DNA of 64,000 nt, taken from IMG/VR virus record IMGVR_UViG_2772190778_000001; one strand, written 5' to 3'. Shown one piece after another: positions 18,568-27,664 of the stretch. Source of the DNA: a virus. Lineage: Duplodnaviria > Caudoviricetes. A program made the position numbers and the translations under genes. The notes beneath the pieces were generated by a model. The model was not told the origin of the DNA, ran no database searches, and was given only the letters and a program-made list of their open reading frames with translations. The stretch's first letter is position 1, and every line of letters starts with the position of its first letter.

Positions 18568-18610
18568 ACATTAAGCCGGGGCGACGGGCCAGATCAGATG
18601 AAGGGCTTCA
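18568..18610 (-). promoter_or_regulatory. Late promoter: dyad TGAAGGGCTTCA at about -38 to -49 plus -10 TAATGT; probably leaderless
   Basis: Motif TCAGATGAAG lies 21 nt from a TAnnnT box here, at 27012-27047 and in P2 upstream of 59536. Confidence 0.55.
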
Positions 18611-18858
18611 GGGGAAGGGGGGCGCGCTGCGCGTGCCACCTTGGGTCAGACTAGCGCCCTCTAAGGGCATGCGGCAAGCCCGGAATGCAAACGGCCCCAG
18701 AACGGCCCGCTGAGTGCGCTTCTGGCTCTGGCGGGGGTTGGGTCGCAAAATCCCCGATGGGGGTATTAAATGGGTATTTAATGAGGCGCTGAGAGGCCAT
18801 TGCGTCTGGTGGGGTCGGTTGCAGGTGCACCTGCGGGGTCAAATAACCCCAAATTGCC

Positions 18859-19080
18859 TCAGGATGCCGATTTGTCGATGAAGGACCGGAGAAGTGCGCG
18901 GCGCTCTTCGGGCGTCCTCTTGGGGCGGTCGAAATAGACCCGAAGGTCTTCGCGGCGGACCGCGACCAGCTCTTCCTTGTCCGGATCTTCGTCGGGCAAG
19001 GCTTCGGCTTCACGCAATGCGGCCTCATAGGCCTCGCGGCTCCATTCGTCGGGGGGCTCAACCAGCAACGTTCGCATCAC
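18859..19080 (-). CDS. 73-aa acidic protein after MuF (putative immunity or anti-defence partner)
   Basis: Coupled to MuF stop; diverged homolog at 59835-60053. Confidence 0.7.
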   Translation of the reverse strand: MMRTLLVEPPDEWSREAYEAALREAEALPDEDPDKEELVAVRREDLRVYFDRPKRTPEERRALLRSFIDKSAS

Positions 19081-20408
19081 GCATCTCCGTTCATGGTCCT
19101 GACAATGGCGGCGGCAACAGCCCGGGCGGTCTCTTCTATGCGTTGGCGAATTGCTCGTGTCCGCGCGCCAAGGCTCTCTTGATATAAGATCAGGCCCTGA
19201 GACTGCAAGACGTCGAGGACCGCGAGGCGCACCGCATGGTCGCGCTCTGTGTTGGTCAAGCCCGGGGCAAACTCGTCAATGAGTTCGGCCGCGACCTCCG
19301 CAAGTTCGCGCATGTTGCCACGGCTGGGCCTCAGCATCTGTGCCCGGAAAAGCGAGCCGTCGTGACCAACGGCAACGATTGATCGAACTTGGCGCTGGAA
19401 CATGACCGCCATGTCATCCGGGCTGAGCGGTGCGGAACTGGGGTGATTGTGCACGAGGCCGACACCCGTGCCGCTCTCCAGCCGCCCGATTATGGAGGAG
19501 GTCAGTCTGACGCGCTTAGGCTTACCCACGCTCCAGTCGATTTCTTCGCCGGTCCCCAGGTCGAACGCGCCAAGATGCTCACGCCCGTCGCCAAGGCCCA
19601 TGAGCCGGGCGCGCATGGCAAAGCCAAGCTCGGTCGCTGCCGCCTGGGCTGAAAGCCCGGCCGATAGCCTCGCGTGGCGCGCGCCGAGGTCAAGCCACGC
19701 ATGGCCCGGGTTGCCGTCCCACGCGGGATCGACCCCGAGTGCCGTGGCTTCGATCTCGCCGGTGCGACGGTTCAGGACCCCGCGCTCCTCCAGCTCGAAA
19801 TCCTCTGTCACCTTGAGGCCGCGCCGCTCCAGCATGCCTTGCGAGAGTTGCTGGACCGTGCAGCCGCAGCGCCAGCCGTTGGGGGGAAAGATACGAAGCC
19901 ATGCCGGGTGATCGACGGGCAGGATCACCTCGTGATAGATCGCGTGTTCCTCGCGCTTGGTGTCGCGCTGGATCTGCACGTAGCGCAGGAAGGGAAAGGC
20001 GGCCTTGGTGCGTTGGATACGCGCCCATTTACCCGCAGCATGGGCCGCGCGCATATTGGCGTCGAAGATCACCCGCAGGCGGCGCGGCGAGCCAAGCCGG
20101 ACATTCTTCATCTCGCCGGTCAGGGGATCGCGCTCCATTCCGCTGCCCCACCAGCCGAGCCGTTTCAACTCGGGCTCGAGGTCATCCATGAAGCTGCCCA
20201 TCGTGCCGCCATTGGCCAGCGCACGGTCGAGTGCCGCCCGGATCGTCTCCAGAACATCAGTCCGCATCGCCTTGGCGACAACGAAGTTGCTGGCATGTTC
20301 ATTGCGCCAGACATCGCGGAAATCAAACCGCGCATCAGGCGGGGCGAGGCCCTTGGAGCGAAAGAACGACAGCGCGTCCTCAGGGCGCAGGCGCTGCAGG
20401 TCGATCAT
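19077..20408 (-). CDS. MuF (gpF) head protein with C-terminal JAB/MPN-like domain
   Basis: MuF motif FPPNGWRCGCTV; C-terminal E...HNHPSSAPLSPDD. Confidence 0.85.
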   Translation of the reverse strand: MIDLQRLRPEDALSFFRSKGLAPPDARFDFRDVWRNEHASNFVVAKAMRTDVLETIRAALDRALANGGTMGSFMDDLEPELKRLGWWGSGMERDPLTGEMKNVRLGSPRRLRVIFDANMRAAHAAGKWARIQRTKAAFPFLRYVQIQRDTKREEHAIYHEVILPVDHPAWLRIFPPNGWRCGCTVQQLSQGMLERRGLKVTEDFELEERGVLNRRTGEIEATALGVDPAWDGNPGHAWLDLGARHARLSAGLSAQAAATELGFAMRARLMGLGDGREHLGAFDLGTGEEIDWSVGKPKRVRLTSSIIGRLESGTGVGLVHNHPSSAPLSPDDMAVMFQRQVRSIVAVGHDGSLFRAQMLRPSRGNMRELAEVAAELIDEFAPGLTNTERDHAVRLAVLDVLQSQGLILYQESLGARTRAIRQRIEETARAVAAAIVRTMNGDA

Positions 20409-21955
20409 GGGGCCAAGGACCCGGGCAGGCTGTCCGACCCATCTGGTGTTTCGCTGTCATCCACCACGGCCCCCAGCTCGCCCGCGAGACGCGCGGCGAA
20501 ACTGGCCTCGGTCAGTAGATCAGTCATCGCTTGTCCGTCGCTTGGTGCGGCCGCCAAGGCGTCGAGACGGGCGCGCAGCGCCTCAAGCGTGGTGCCCGGT
20601 GCGACGCCACCCAGAAGGGCCGCGATATCTGCGAATAGCGGCTCGGCGGCCGTCTCGGCATGGCCCTCGGCGATGATCTCCGCCGCGAGTGCATCGAGCG
20701 CGCTCTCATGGCGATGCTCGGCAAAACCGGCCTCGGGCGGGTTCTCACCAGGTTGTGTTGGGTCGGGAGGGGCCGCGCGCTCATACCCGTCGCCATAGGT
20801 CTCCTTGACACGGTCCTCGGACATGCGCCAGCCCATGCGGTGCAGCTTCTCGTCGCGGTCCACGGCGGCGGTTGTATCCTCCGGGTCTTCCATCTTGCGC
20901 CAGACCCTTGGCGGCGTTACGCCGGGGAAGTTGAACTCGGAAAGCTGCGCCACCGGCCCTTCGTTGAAGGACTGGCAGACGAGATCCGCGTCTGACTTCT
21001 TGACGGCGTCGCCCACGTCATCATGCACCTCGGCCTGCGACCGGCTGGAGCCATTGTCGGTGGTCATGGTCTGCGACAGCACGATTTTCGAGATTGCGGC
21101 ATCCATCGTGTCGTGCAGCTTCTGGTAATCCAGAGAACTGGCACCCGAGGGCGCGGACAAAAGCTCAATATCCATGCCCTCGGGGATGATGATCCCGGCC
21201 TCCGAGCGGATGGCCATCACGGCCTCGAGCAGCTTCTTCTGTTCCGCTTCGGTGGCTTGCGAGGGATACTTGCCCCGCGCGGTCGGCATGCCGAATTTGT
21301 CGAGGGCGATCAGCCAGAGCTTCAGCCCATTGCGCTTGAACCAGACCGGCCAATAGAGCCAATGCGCGAGGCCAAGCCCATAAGGCTCGTCGTCGTGATC
21401 CGCCCCGGTCGAGAACACCCAGAACTTCTCGGGCGGCATTTCCTCTCCGGTCAGCATATTGGAGAGGGTCAAAAGGCGCAGGCCGCAATTCTCGTCAAAG
21501 CGAAACCGTACCCGGTCGCGCACGCGGATTTCCTCCCAGCCCCAGAGCCGCCCGTCGCGGCGATACATCTGCTCGGCGACGGAATAGCCATAAAAGAGGC
21601 CCCAGAGCATCTTCTCGGTCAGGCGGTCGAACTTCATGGCCGAAAGCTCGTCGCGCAGCCAGTCGGCGGCGCGTTTGCCCGCCGCCGTGTCCTCGCCCGG
21701 CACCACCTCCCATTCCCGGCTGGTGACGGCCGAGATGCGCTGCGTCATGACCGATTTGACCTGCGGATCGGTCAGGATCGGCTTGTAGATGTCAAAACTG
21801 CCACCGCCGCGCGTGCGCAGGATCGGGTCCGTTGGTTCGAGCAGCGGGCCGATCCATGGCCGGGTGATATCGCGACCGTTCTGGATGCCCGAAAGCTCCA
21901 TCGGGTTGCGCAGCCGTACCGAGCGCAGCCGCATGGTGCTGGTCTTTCTAGCCAT
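20405..21955 (-). CDS. Portal protein (Mu gp29 / DUF935)
   Basis: LDKFGMP, ISKIVLSQTMTT, AEVH motifs. Confidence 0.92.
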   Translation of the reverse strand: MARKTSTMRLRSVRLRNPMELSGIQNGRDITRPWIGPLLEPTDPILRTRGGGSFDIYKPILTDPQVKSVMTQRISAVTSREWEVVPGEDTAAGKRAADWLRDELSAMKFDRLTEKMLWGLFYGYSVAEQMYRRDGRLWGWEEIRVRDRVRFRFDENCGLRLLTLSNMLTGEEMPPEKFWVFSTGADHDDEPYGLGLAHWLYWPVWFKRNGLKLWLIALDKFGMPTARGKYPSQATEAEQKKLLEAVMAIRSEAGIIIPEGMDIELLSAPSGASSLDYQKLHDTMDAAISKIVLSQTMTTDNGSSRSQAEVHDDVGDAVKKSDADLVCQSFNEGPVAQLSEFNFPGVTPPRVWRKMEDPEDTTAAVDRDEKLHRMGWRMSEDRVKETYGDGYERAAPPDPTQPGENPPEAGFAEHRHESALDALAAEIIAEGHAETAAEPLFADIAALLGGVAPGTTLEALRARLDALAAAPSDGQAMTDLLTEASFAARLAGELGAVVDDSETPDGSDSLPGSLAP

Positions 21956-23597
21956 CCGGGAACCCTCCAAAATCCAGAACTCCGCCACCTCGGGCAAAGC
22001 CCATGCGCCGCCCGCCCAAAGGGCTGATGAAGTCCTCGGCCGTCAGAGCGGTGCGCCGCCCGGTCGATTGAAACTCCATGGGCACCACGTCCTGATTGCT
22101 CGCATGCCAGGCGAGCGCGCCTGCGATGGCGCTGTCGCCATGCCGGTCGAGACCGTCCGAGCCTTTGAAGCGGAAGTTCTCGGGCACGCGAATGATGCCG
22201 TTTGTGTATTGCAGCGCCTGATGGTCGCGCAGCACGTCCTCATGGGCGGGCAGAACGATGGTGCGATCCGAGAAGGCTTCGATATAGGGCGGCATCTCCA
22301 GCTCGTACCATGCCCTCGTGAATGAGACCTCGACGATCCGCGCGCCGTAGCGTTGGGCCGCGACCTCGGCGAGATAGGCCCCGTTGCCGGTGCGGTCCAT
22401 CGCGCCCTTTTGGAAATTGGGCAGGCGGTCGAGCAGCCAGAAGAGCACGTCGCGCTGCTGGTCAAAGGGGATATTGCGCAGCTCGACAATGAGCTTGGTG
22501 CGCCGGGTGAGATCGACGCCCTGCTCGAGAATGATGATGTCGGTGGCATCGCCCGAGCGCGCAAAGTCCTCGCCCATGAAATGCGGGCGCGTTCGGTCGA
22601 GGGTTTTAAGCACCGGTTCAAGGTGGGTTTTACACCAGGCTTCAGCGGCGGCCTTGCGGACGGGTTCGTCGGCATTCTTGAAGCTGTCGGGCTGCGTCCA
22701 GCGATGGAACGGGATGCCCTGCGCCATGCAGGCCTCGATTTGGACGCGGGTCAGGGCCGCGCCTTCCATCTCGGCGGGTTCCGCATCAAGCTCTTGGCGC
22801 ATCGCGGCCTCGCGCGCGCCGTAAGCCCGGCGCACAGTGGCCTCCCACGCGGCCTCGGCCTCTGGCGTCCAGGTCTTGCCCTGCATCATGCAGACGCGTT
22901 TATAAAGCCCGTTGGCGACCGCGTCGCTGAATGTGTAGCGATGCACCGCAAAGCCGTTCTTGCCCGCGCGCGCCTCGCGGATCAGCTCGTTGAAGGCATT
23001 GAGATAACCGTTATGGGTCGAGATGATCCGGACCTTGCCGCCCCAGATCAGCATTGCGTTCACGGCGTCGATCACCTCGCGCACGTCCTTGTGGAACGCG
23101 GCCTCGTCGATCACCACGGTGCCCTGAAGGCCCCGGATATTGGCGGGGTTGGAGCTGAGCGCCTCGACGCGGAACCCGGAGGCAAAGCGCACGCGGTAGG
23201 CCGAGATGAACTTGGTGGTGCCGTCGGGCTGTTGATCCTCGAAGAGAAACTCCTCGATAGGGTGCGCCGCCCCCGCGATCACCCGCGCGAAATGCGCCAC
23301 ATAGCCAATGGCCTCGCGGCCCTTATCCTTGGTGTCGCCGATGTAAAAGCAGTTCTGCCCGCCCGCACCGCGCGCGGCGGCGGCAATGAGGGCGCAGCCC
23401 AGCATCTCGGCAAAGGTGATGCCGGTGCGGCGACCCTTCTCGCAGACCTTGAGATCGCTCTCGTCGGCCAGCCAAGAGCGTTGATGTTCCATCAGGATGC
23501 CGTCTGCCAGCGGATCGAGGCTCTCGGGGATCTCCGAGCCGCGCGGCAATTCCTCGGGGAGCGCGTCCGGGTCGCGGGTGAGGACGGGGGCGGTCAC
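21948..23597 (-). CDS. Large terminase (Mu gp28-like)
   Basis: EKGRRTGIT Walker A, VVIDEAAFH Walker B, GEDFAR nuclease, HGDSAIA. Confidence 0.92.
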   Translation of the reverse strand: MTAPVLTRDPDALPEELPRGSEIPESLDPLADGILMEHQRSWLADESDLKVCEKGRRTGITFAEMLGCALIAAAARGAGGQNCFYIGDTKDKGREAIGYVAHFARVIAGAAHPIEEFLFEDQQPDGTTKFISAYRVRFASGFRVEALSSNPANIRGLQGTVVIDEAAFHKDVREVIDAVNAMLIWGGKVRIISTHNGYLNAFNELIREARAGKNGFAVHRYTFSDAVANGLYKRVCMMQGKTWTPEAEAAWEATVRRAYGAREAAMRQELDAEPAEMEGAALTRVQIEACMAQGIPFHRWTQPDSFKNADEPVRKAAAEAWCKTHLEPVLKTLDRTRPHFMGEDFARSGDATDIIILEQGVDLTRRTKLIVELRNIPFDQQRDVLFWLLDRLPNFQKGAMDRTGNGAYLAEVAAQRYGARIVEVSFTRAWYELEMPPYIEAFSDRTIVLPAHEDVLRDHQALQYTNGIIRVPENFRFKGSDGLDRHGDSAIAGALAWHASNQDVVPMEFQSTGRRTALTAEDFISPLGGRRMGFARGGGVLDFGGFPDG

Positions 23598-23788
23598 GGC
23601 TGGCCCTGCTCGATTTGCCAACCTTTACCGGCGAGCGATTTGAACAGCAGCACTGCGATCTGAAGATCGACAGTGAGCCGGAGGCCCGGCGACGAACTTT
23701 TTTTCTGAACCGCGTCACGCATTGCAGCCGCTTCGGTTGCAACCCAGCTCCCGGTTTTGCCGTCCGGGCTTTTCCATCGAAAGGCCAT
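23594..23788 (-). CDS. Hypothetical 64-aa protein
   Basis: Coupled on both sides (TAATG, GTGA). Confidence 0.55.
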   Translation of the reverse strand: MAFRWKSPDGKTGSWVATEAAAMRDAVQKKSSSPGLRLTVDLQIAVLLFKSLAGKGWQIEQGQP

Positions 23789-24078
23789 TAGCGCCGCTCC
23801 CGTTCTTTCCTGAGCAGGCGCCAATTGTTCAGGGCCACGCCGCCGGTGATCGCGGCGAGCAGCATGATCCAGTGCTCTTGTCCCAGCCACGTGAGCAGAA
23901 TGCCAGCGGCCAGCGCCACGCCGAGTTTGACGGCCCACCAGTTGCCGGTCAGCCCCATGAGGCGGGCCATGAGCGGGTTGGCCTCGACCAGCCCGCCGCG
24001 CAGGGCCGCGCGCGTGGTCGCCACGTCGGCGAATTGCGCCAGCAGATAAACAGCCCAGATGAAAACCAGATCAGACAT
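23788..24078 (-). CDS. Small membrane protein (DUF5658-like)
   Basis: ADVATT...GLVEANPLMA motif and hydrophobic helices. Confidence 0.65.
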   Translation of the reverse strand: MSDLVFIWAVYLLAQFADVATTRAALRGGLVEANPLMARLMGLTGNWWAVKLGVALAAGILLTWLGQEHWIMLLAAITGGVALNNWRLLRKERERR

Positions 24079-24374
24079 CAGGCAACCTCCCAGTAGCCAT
24101 CGCGCAGCCAGCCATGCCAGCCGCAACGCAGTTGATTGACCGACGGTGTGAGCGTCGGCTCGGACAAGGACCCGTCCCATTCCCAGCTCGGGCTGGACGC
24201 GGGCTTGCCGCGCAGGCCGATGATGATCCGGCTCGGACCTTCGCAGCCGCAGGGGCAGTAAAACCAAAAGGACGCGGCGTCGGGGCCACCTTGGGTCAGG
24301 TCGATGTGGAAACTGCCCGGCAGCTTTTGCCGCCGGAACTCGGCCGGGTTGGGGAATTCGATGGCGCGGATCAT
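24078..24374 (-). CDS. Zn-binding protein (DUF6527-like)
   Basis: CPCGC...PTLTPS...CGWHGW...W pattern. Confidence 0.65.
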   Translation of the reverse strand: MIRAIEFPNPAEFRRQKLPGSFHIDLTQGGPDAASFWFYCPCGCEGPSRIIIGLRGKPASSPSWEWDGSLSEPTLTPSVNQLRCGWHGWLRDGYWEVA

Positions 24375-24610
24375 GGGCGCGCCTCGGCAATCCAGACCAG
24401 ATAGGGCTGATCCCGCCACCATGCGACGGTGCAGTGAAGGCCCAGATGCGTGATGCGCTCCCTGCGCCCGAACAGGAATATCCGCACACGGCGGGACAAG
24501 GGCGCGCGACGCCAGTTGTGGTCACCAACCATCACCTTCCCTCCGGTCGAGAGGTCCTTGGACGGTATTCCCGCGAGGTCATCCATTGCTGTCGGTATCA
24601 ATTCATCCAC
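24371..24610 (-). CDS. Hypothetical 79-aa protein
   Basis: Coupled to neighbours. Confidence 0.5.
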   Translation of the reverse strand: MDELIPTAMDDLAGIPSKDLSTGGKVMVGDHNWRRAPLSRRVRIFLFGRRERITHLGLHCTVAWWRDQPYLVWIAEARP

Positions 24611-25175
24611 CGCGCACCCCCAGAAACTCGCGCTTGAGCTTGTCGATGATGCCGCTGCTTAGGCCCAGCTCATCGCGGGCGCTGTCCAGTGCCTCGACGG
24701 CATTGGCGCGCTCTTCGGCGGCGATGCGGGCGCGTTCCTTGACCATCAGCTGCTCGCGGATGCCCGCGCTCGACATGATGTCCTTCATCATCTTTCCGAG
24801 GAAATGCAGCTCGCGCGGGTCGATGTCCTCGCCCTCCTTGGTCATCTGCGATTTCAGGACCTTGAAGGCCACGCTTGTCATCATCTGGAAAAGAACGCGG
24901 TGCCGGTCGGCCTCCTCCGAGAGGTCATTGTCGGCCAGCCATTGCTGCGCCCAGGCACCGGCCTCGTCCTGGAGTTTGACGAATTGCTCATACTCCTGCC
25001 CATAGGCATGCAGGGCGCTCTTGCCGATGCGCAGCTCGAGCCCGTCTTCCGCGAGGCGGAAGTTCAATTCCTCGGCCAGCTCCTCGTAGCCGTGAAAACC
25101 CTTGGCTTTCCACCAGTCATGCAGCCACTGGCGCAACTCGGGCGGCAAGAGCTCAACCTTACGGGGCGGGGGCAT
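24603..25175 (-). CDS. Small terminase (Mu gp27 / DUF3486)
   Basis: RKVELLPPELRQWL, IGKSALHAYG motifs. Confidence 0.85.
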   Translation of the reverse strand: MPPPRKVELLPPELRQWLHDWWKAKGFHGYEELAEELNFRLAEDGLELRIGKSALHAYGQEYEQFVKLQDEAGAWAQQWLADNDLSEEADRHRVLFQMMTSVAFKVLKSQMTKEGEDIDPRELHFLGKMMKDIMSSAGIREQLMVKERARIAAEERANAVEALDSARDELGLSSGIIDKLKREFLGVRGG

Positions 25176-25176
25176 G

Positions 25177-25479
25177 TCAGAGCCTCCGCGCGCTTGGACG
25201 CTGGATATCCGGATGAACGGCCTCGCCGCGCGCGACCTCGATGCCGCGCCGGGTGGCCTCGGCAATGACAAAGTCGCCATGGTCGGCGACGGTGACCATG
25301 CCCACTTCCTGCAGCCATGCCAGTTCGGTGGTCACCTGGTCGAAGGTGGAGCCCACGCCCACGCCATTGAGCACGTCGCGCAGGATCGAGGCATTGGCCG
25401 TATAGCCCGAAACCTGCTCGAGATGGCGCAGGATCGCGAGGCGGCGGTGTTTGCGCAAGGTTGCCTGATAATCGCTCAC
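25177..25479 (-). CDS. Mu gp26-like winged-helix protein
   Basis: RRLAILRHL...YTANASIL...LAWLQEVG. Confidence 0.75.
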   Translation of the reverse strand: MSDYQATLRKHRRLAILRHLEQVSGYTANASILRDVLNGVGVGSTFDQVTTELAWLQEVGMVTVADHGDFVIAEATRRGIEVARGEAVHPDIQRPSARRL

Positions 25480-25820
25480 TTCTTGCCTCCATCGAGCAGG
25501 TGTTGTTCGTGGCGGGATACGATGGCCTCCAGCCGCGCGGTGATCATGGCGTTGCCCTCCATGACGGCGGCCATCTTCTCCATCGATCCGGTTTGTCGGA
25601 CCAGCTCGAGCTGGAGCGCGTGCATGTCATCCTTGCCCGGCATGTTCTGCACCGCCTGTTCGAGCCGCGAGATGCGCGCCTCGTGTCGGTCCATGCGCTC
25701 GTGACCCGCCTCGAGCTTTTTATCGAGGTCTTTGCGGCGGGTGGCCACGAAGGTGTAGAAGGCGACCAGCATCGGGAAGATGACGCCGAGCCCTTTCCAG
25801 AAGAGGTCCCAATCCATCAT
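25476..25820 (-). CDS. DUF2730-like membrane-anchored coiled-coil protein
   Basis: N-terminal TM plus coiled coil; Mu-like lysis-region synteny. Confidence 0.7.
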   Translation of the reverse strand: MMDWDLFWKGLGVIFPMLVAFYTFVATRRKDLDKKLEAGHERMDRHEARISRLEQAVQNMPGKDDMHALQLELVRQTGSMEKMAAVMEGNAMITARLEAIVSRHEQHLLDGGKK

Positions 25821-26389
25821 GCCGTGCGCTTCCAGTCGTCGAGCGCTGGATTGTCTGTCACGTCCACGGCGGCCAAGGTGATCTCGGCATCCGGCCCTGT
25901 ATCGGCCGCCCCCGGGCTGTCGGCGCGCAGCGCCCGCAATTGGGCGACGCTGTGCGCCACTTGTGGGGCCTGTGCGATGATCCGCGCGGCCTCTTTTTGC
26001 ATCGCGGTTCCCCGGAACTTATGCAGCTCGCGCGCGCCGAAGTAGAAGGCAACAATGGCCCCCATCAGCGCCCAGAGCGGTTCGGGCACGAGGGCGAGGC
26101 CGGTCATCCGCTCCGCAAACCAGATCGGGTCGGACATGGCCGACCAGAAGAGGAAAATGCAGCCAAAGGCCATGGCCGGGCGCGGCAAGCGGTTGAGACC
26201 GTCCACGAACTGGCCCCAAAGGCCCTGCGCGCCGGTGAACTCAGCCGCCATCTGGCTCAGCGCCGCCTGCTGAAACGCGGCCTCGCGCATATCCGCCTTT
26301 TCGGCATTGGGCCGAAAGACCTCTGCCGTCTCGGCAATGACATTGCGCCCGCCGCCAAAGAGCGCGCCCAGAAATCGGATCAGCCCCAT
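25817..26389 (-). CDS. Holin (GTA-type 3TM family)
   Basis: VDGLNRLPRPAMAFG, IVAFYFGAR motifs; follows lysin. Confidence 0.8.
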   Translation of the reverse strand: MGLIRFLGALFGGGRNVIAETAEVFRPNAEKADMREAAFQQAALSQMAAEFTGAQGLWGQFVDGLNRLPRPAMAFGCIFLFWSAMSDPIWFAERMTGLALVPEPLWALMGAIVAFYFGARELHKFRGTAMQKEAARIIAQAPQVAHSVAQLRALRADSPGAADTGPDAEITLAAVDVTDNPALDDWKRTA

Positions 26390-26991
26390 GATGCCACCCT
26401 CTCTTTGAAATCTGCGTCCGTCATGCGGTAGCGCGCTGACATGAATTCCTCGGCGCGCCTGATCCAGCCGCCTTTGCCGCCTGAGCGGGCGCGTGCGAAC
26501 TTGCGGCTTGCAGGCCGCGCATCGGCGAGGCGGAAATAGTAGTTGCGCCGGGCAATCGCGTAGGCGTCGGCGATATGGGCGGGGGCCGCGTCATGGGCGG
26601 CCTCAACCGCGCGCAAGGTGGCCGGGCCAATCACGCCGTCGACAGTCGCCGGGAAACCCATTTCGGTGACGAGGCGCTGCAGGATTTTCACGGCATTGGA
26701 GCCTGCGTTGACCTGCATGTCAAAGACGCTCGCCTGCAGCGCCTCGGGCAGTTCCGCGATGCGGGGCCGCACGAAATAGTGCTCGATGAAGATCTCGACG
26801 GCGCGGGCGCGGGTCATGAGGCGCACGTCGGCCACGTCCACGTCGCCATCCCGGTCGAGATCAAGGCCCAAGCTGCGCATGGTGTGGATCGTGATGCCAA
26901 AATTGGTGGCCCCGCCGGGATCAGCGGGGTCATTCACAAAGCCGCCTTCGCGGGCGACAATCTCTTCGGCAATGGTTCGGACTGTTTGCAT
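26380..26991 (-). CDS. Endolysin, glycoside hydrolase family 108
   Basis: REGGFVNDPADPGGATNFGIT catalytic motif; C-terminal GWIRR. Confidence 0.92.
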   Translation of the reverse strand: MQTVRTIAEEIVAREGGFVNDPADPGGATNFGITIHTMRSLGLDLDRDGDVDVADVRLMTRARAVEIFIEHYFVRPRIAELPEALQASVFDMQVNAGSNAVKILQRLVTEMGFPATVDGVIGPATLRAVEAAHDAAPAHIADAYAIARRNYYFRLADARPASRKFARARSGGKGGWIRRAEEFMSARYRMTDADFKERVASWG

Positions 26992-27011
26992 GGGTGCCCC
27001 CCTTTCCCGTC

Positions 27012-27052
27012 AGGATAAAGGGGGCGGCATGGCTTATTCAGATGAAGCCTTT
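27012..27052 (-). promoter_or_regulatory. Lysis late promoter (Plys-like)
   Basis: TCAGATGAAGCCTTTC element with TATCCT box at the same spacing as before the protease gene. Confidence 0.5.
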
Positions 27053-27423
27053 CGCATGACCTGGAGGAGGGGTGGTTCTTCCTCCTCTGCCAGCTCTGCC
27101 TTGACCTGCAAAACGCGGCGGGCGGTCACGCCGAAACGGTTGGCCAGTTCATTGACCGGCGTATCCGGGGCCTCGCGCAGGGCTTGTTTGAGGCCCTCCC
27201 GGGCCTGAGCGCGCCCCGAGGGCACGTCCAGATATTCGCCAGCGTAGCGGGCGGAAATCCATCTGGCAATATCCCGGCCCGCCAGCGTCACGAGGAGGCT
27301 GTCGGCAAGGCGAGTGCCGGGCACATAAAGCCGCATGCCGCCTGCGCGAGACAGGAAACGCTCGACCGGGGCCTCGCCCAGATCGGCGCGTATCTCGTCG
27401 ATCCAAGACGGCTCACGCTCCAT
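27034..27423 (-). CDS. Mor/C-family late transcription activator
   Basis: AGGMRLYVP, YAGEYLDVP, C-terminal HTH; last early gene before lysis. Confidence 0.8.
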   Translation of the reverse strand: MEREPSWIDEIRADLGEAPVERFLSRAGGMRLYVPGTRLADSLLVTLAGRDIARWISARYAGEYLDVPSGRAQAREGLKQALREAPDTPVNELANRFGVTARRVLQVKAELAEEEEPPLLQVMRKASSE

Positions 27424-27664
27424 GGGGAGGCTTCCTGCGTCGCCGCCCCGGAGGCGGCGTGTGCTGCCGGGTCACGGTCACAACGCAACCGCCCTCGATC
27501 CTGTAGACGAACCCGCCGCTGATCACGCCGCAGGCTCCGGCCTCGAGACCTTGATCCACCACGCGCCCGATCTCGCGGCGCACCGCGTCGATATCCACGC
27601 CCTTGACCCGCTCGAGATAGCGGATCACGGCATGGTCAGAGGCGGGGTGGCGGGGCTTTTTCAC
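27413..27664 (-). CDS. Small protein with SDHAVIRYLER motif (RNase/RelE-like fold candidate)
   Basis: GTGA coupling; motif recalled from small phage proteins. Confidence 0.55.
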   Translation of the reverse strand: MKKPRHPASDHAVIRYLERVKGVDIDAVRREIGRVVDQGLEAGACGVISGGFVYRIEGGCVVTVTRQHTPPPGRRRRKPPHGA

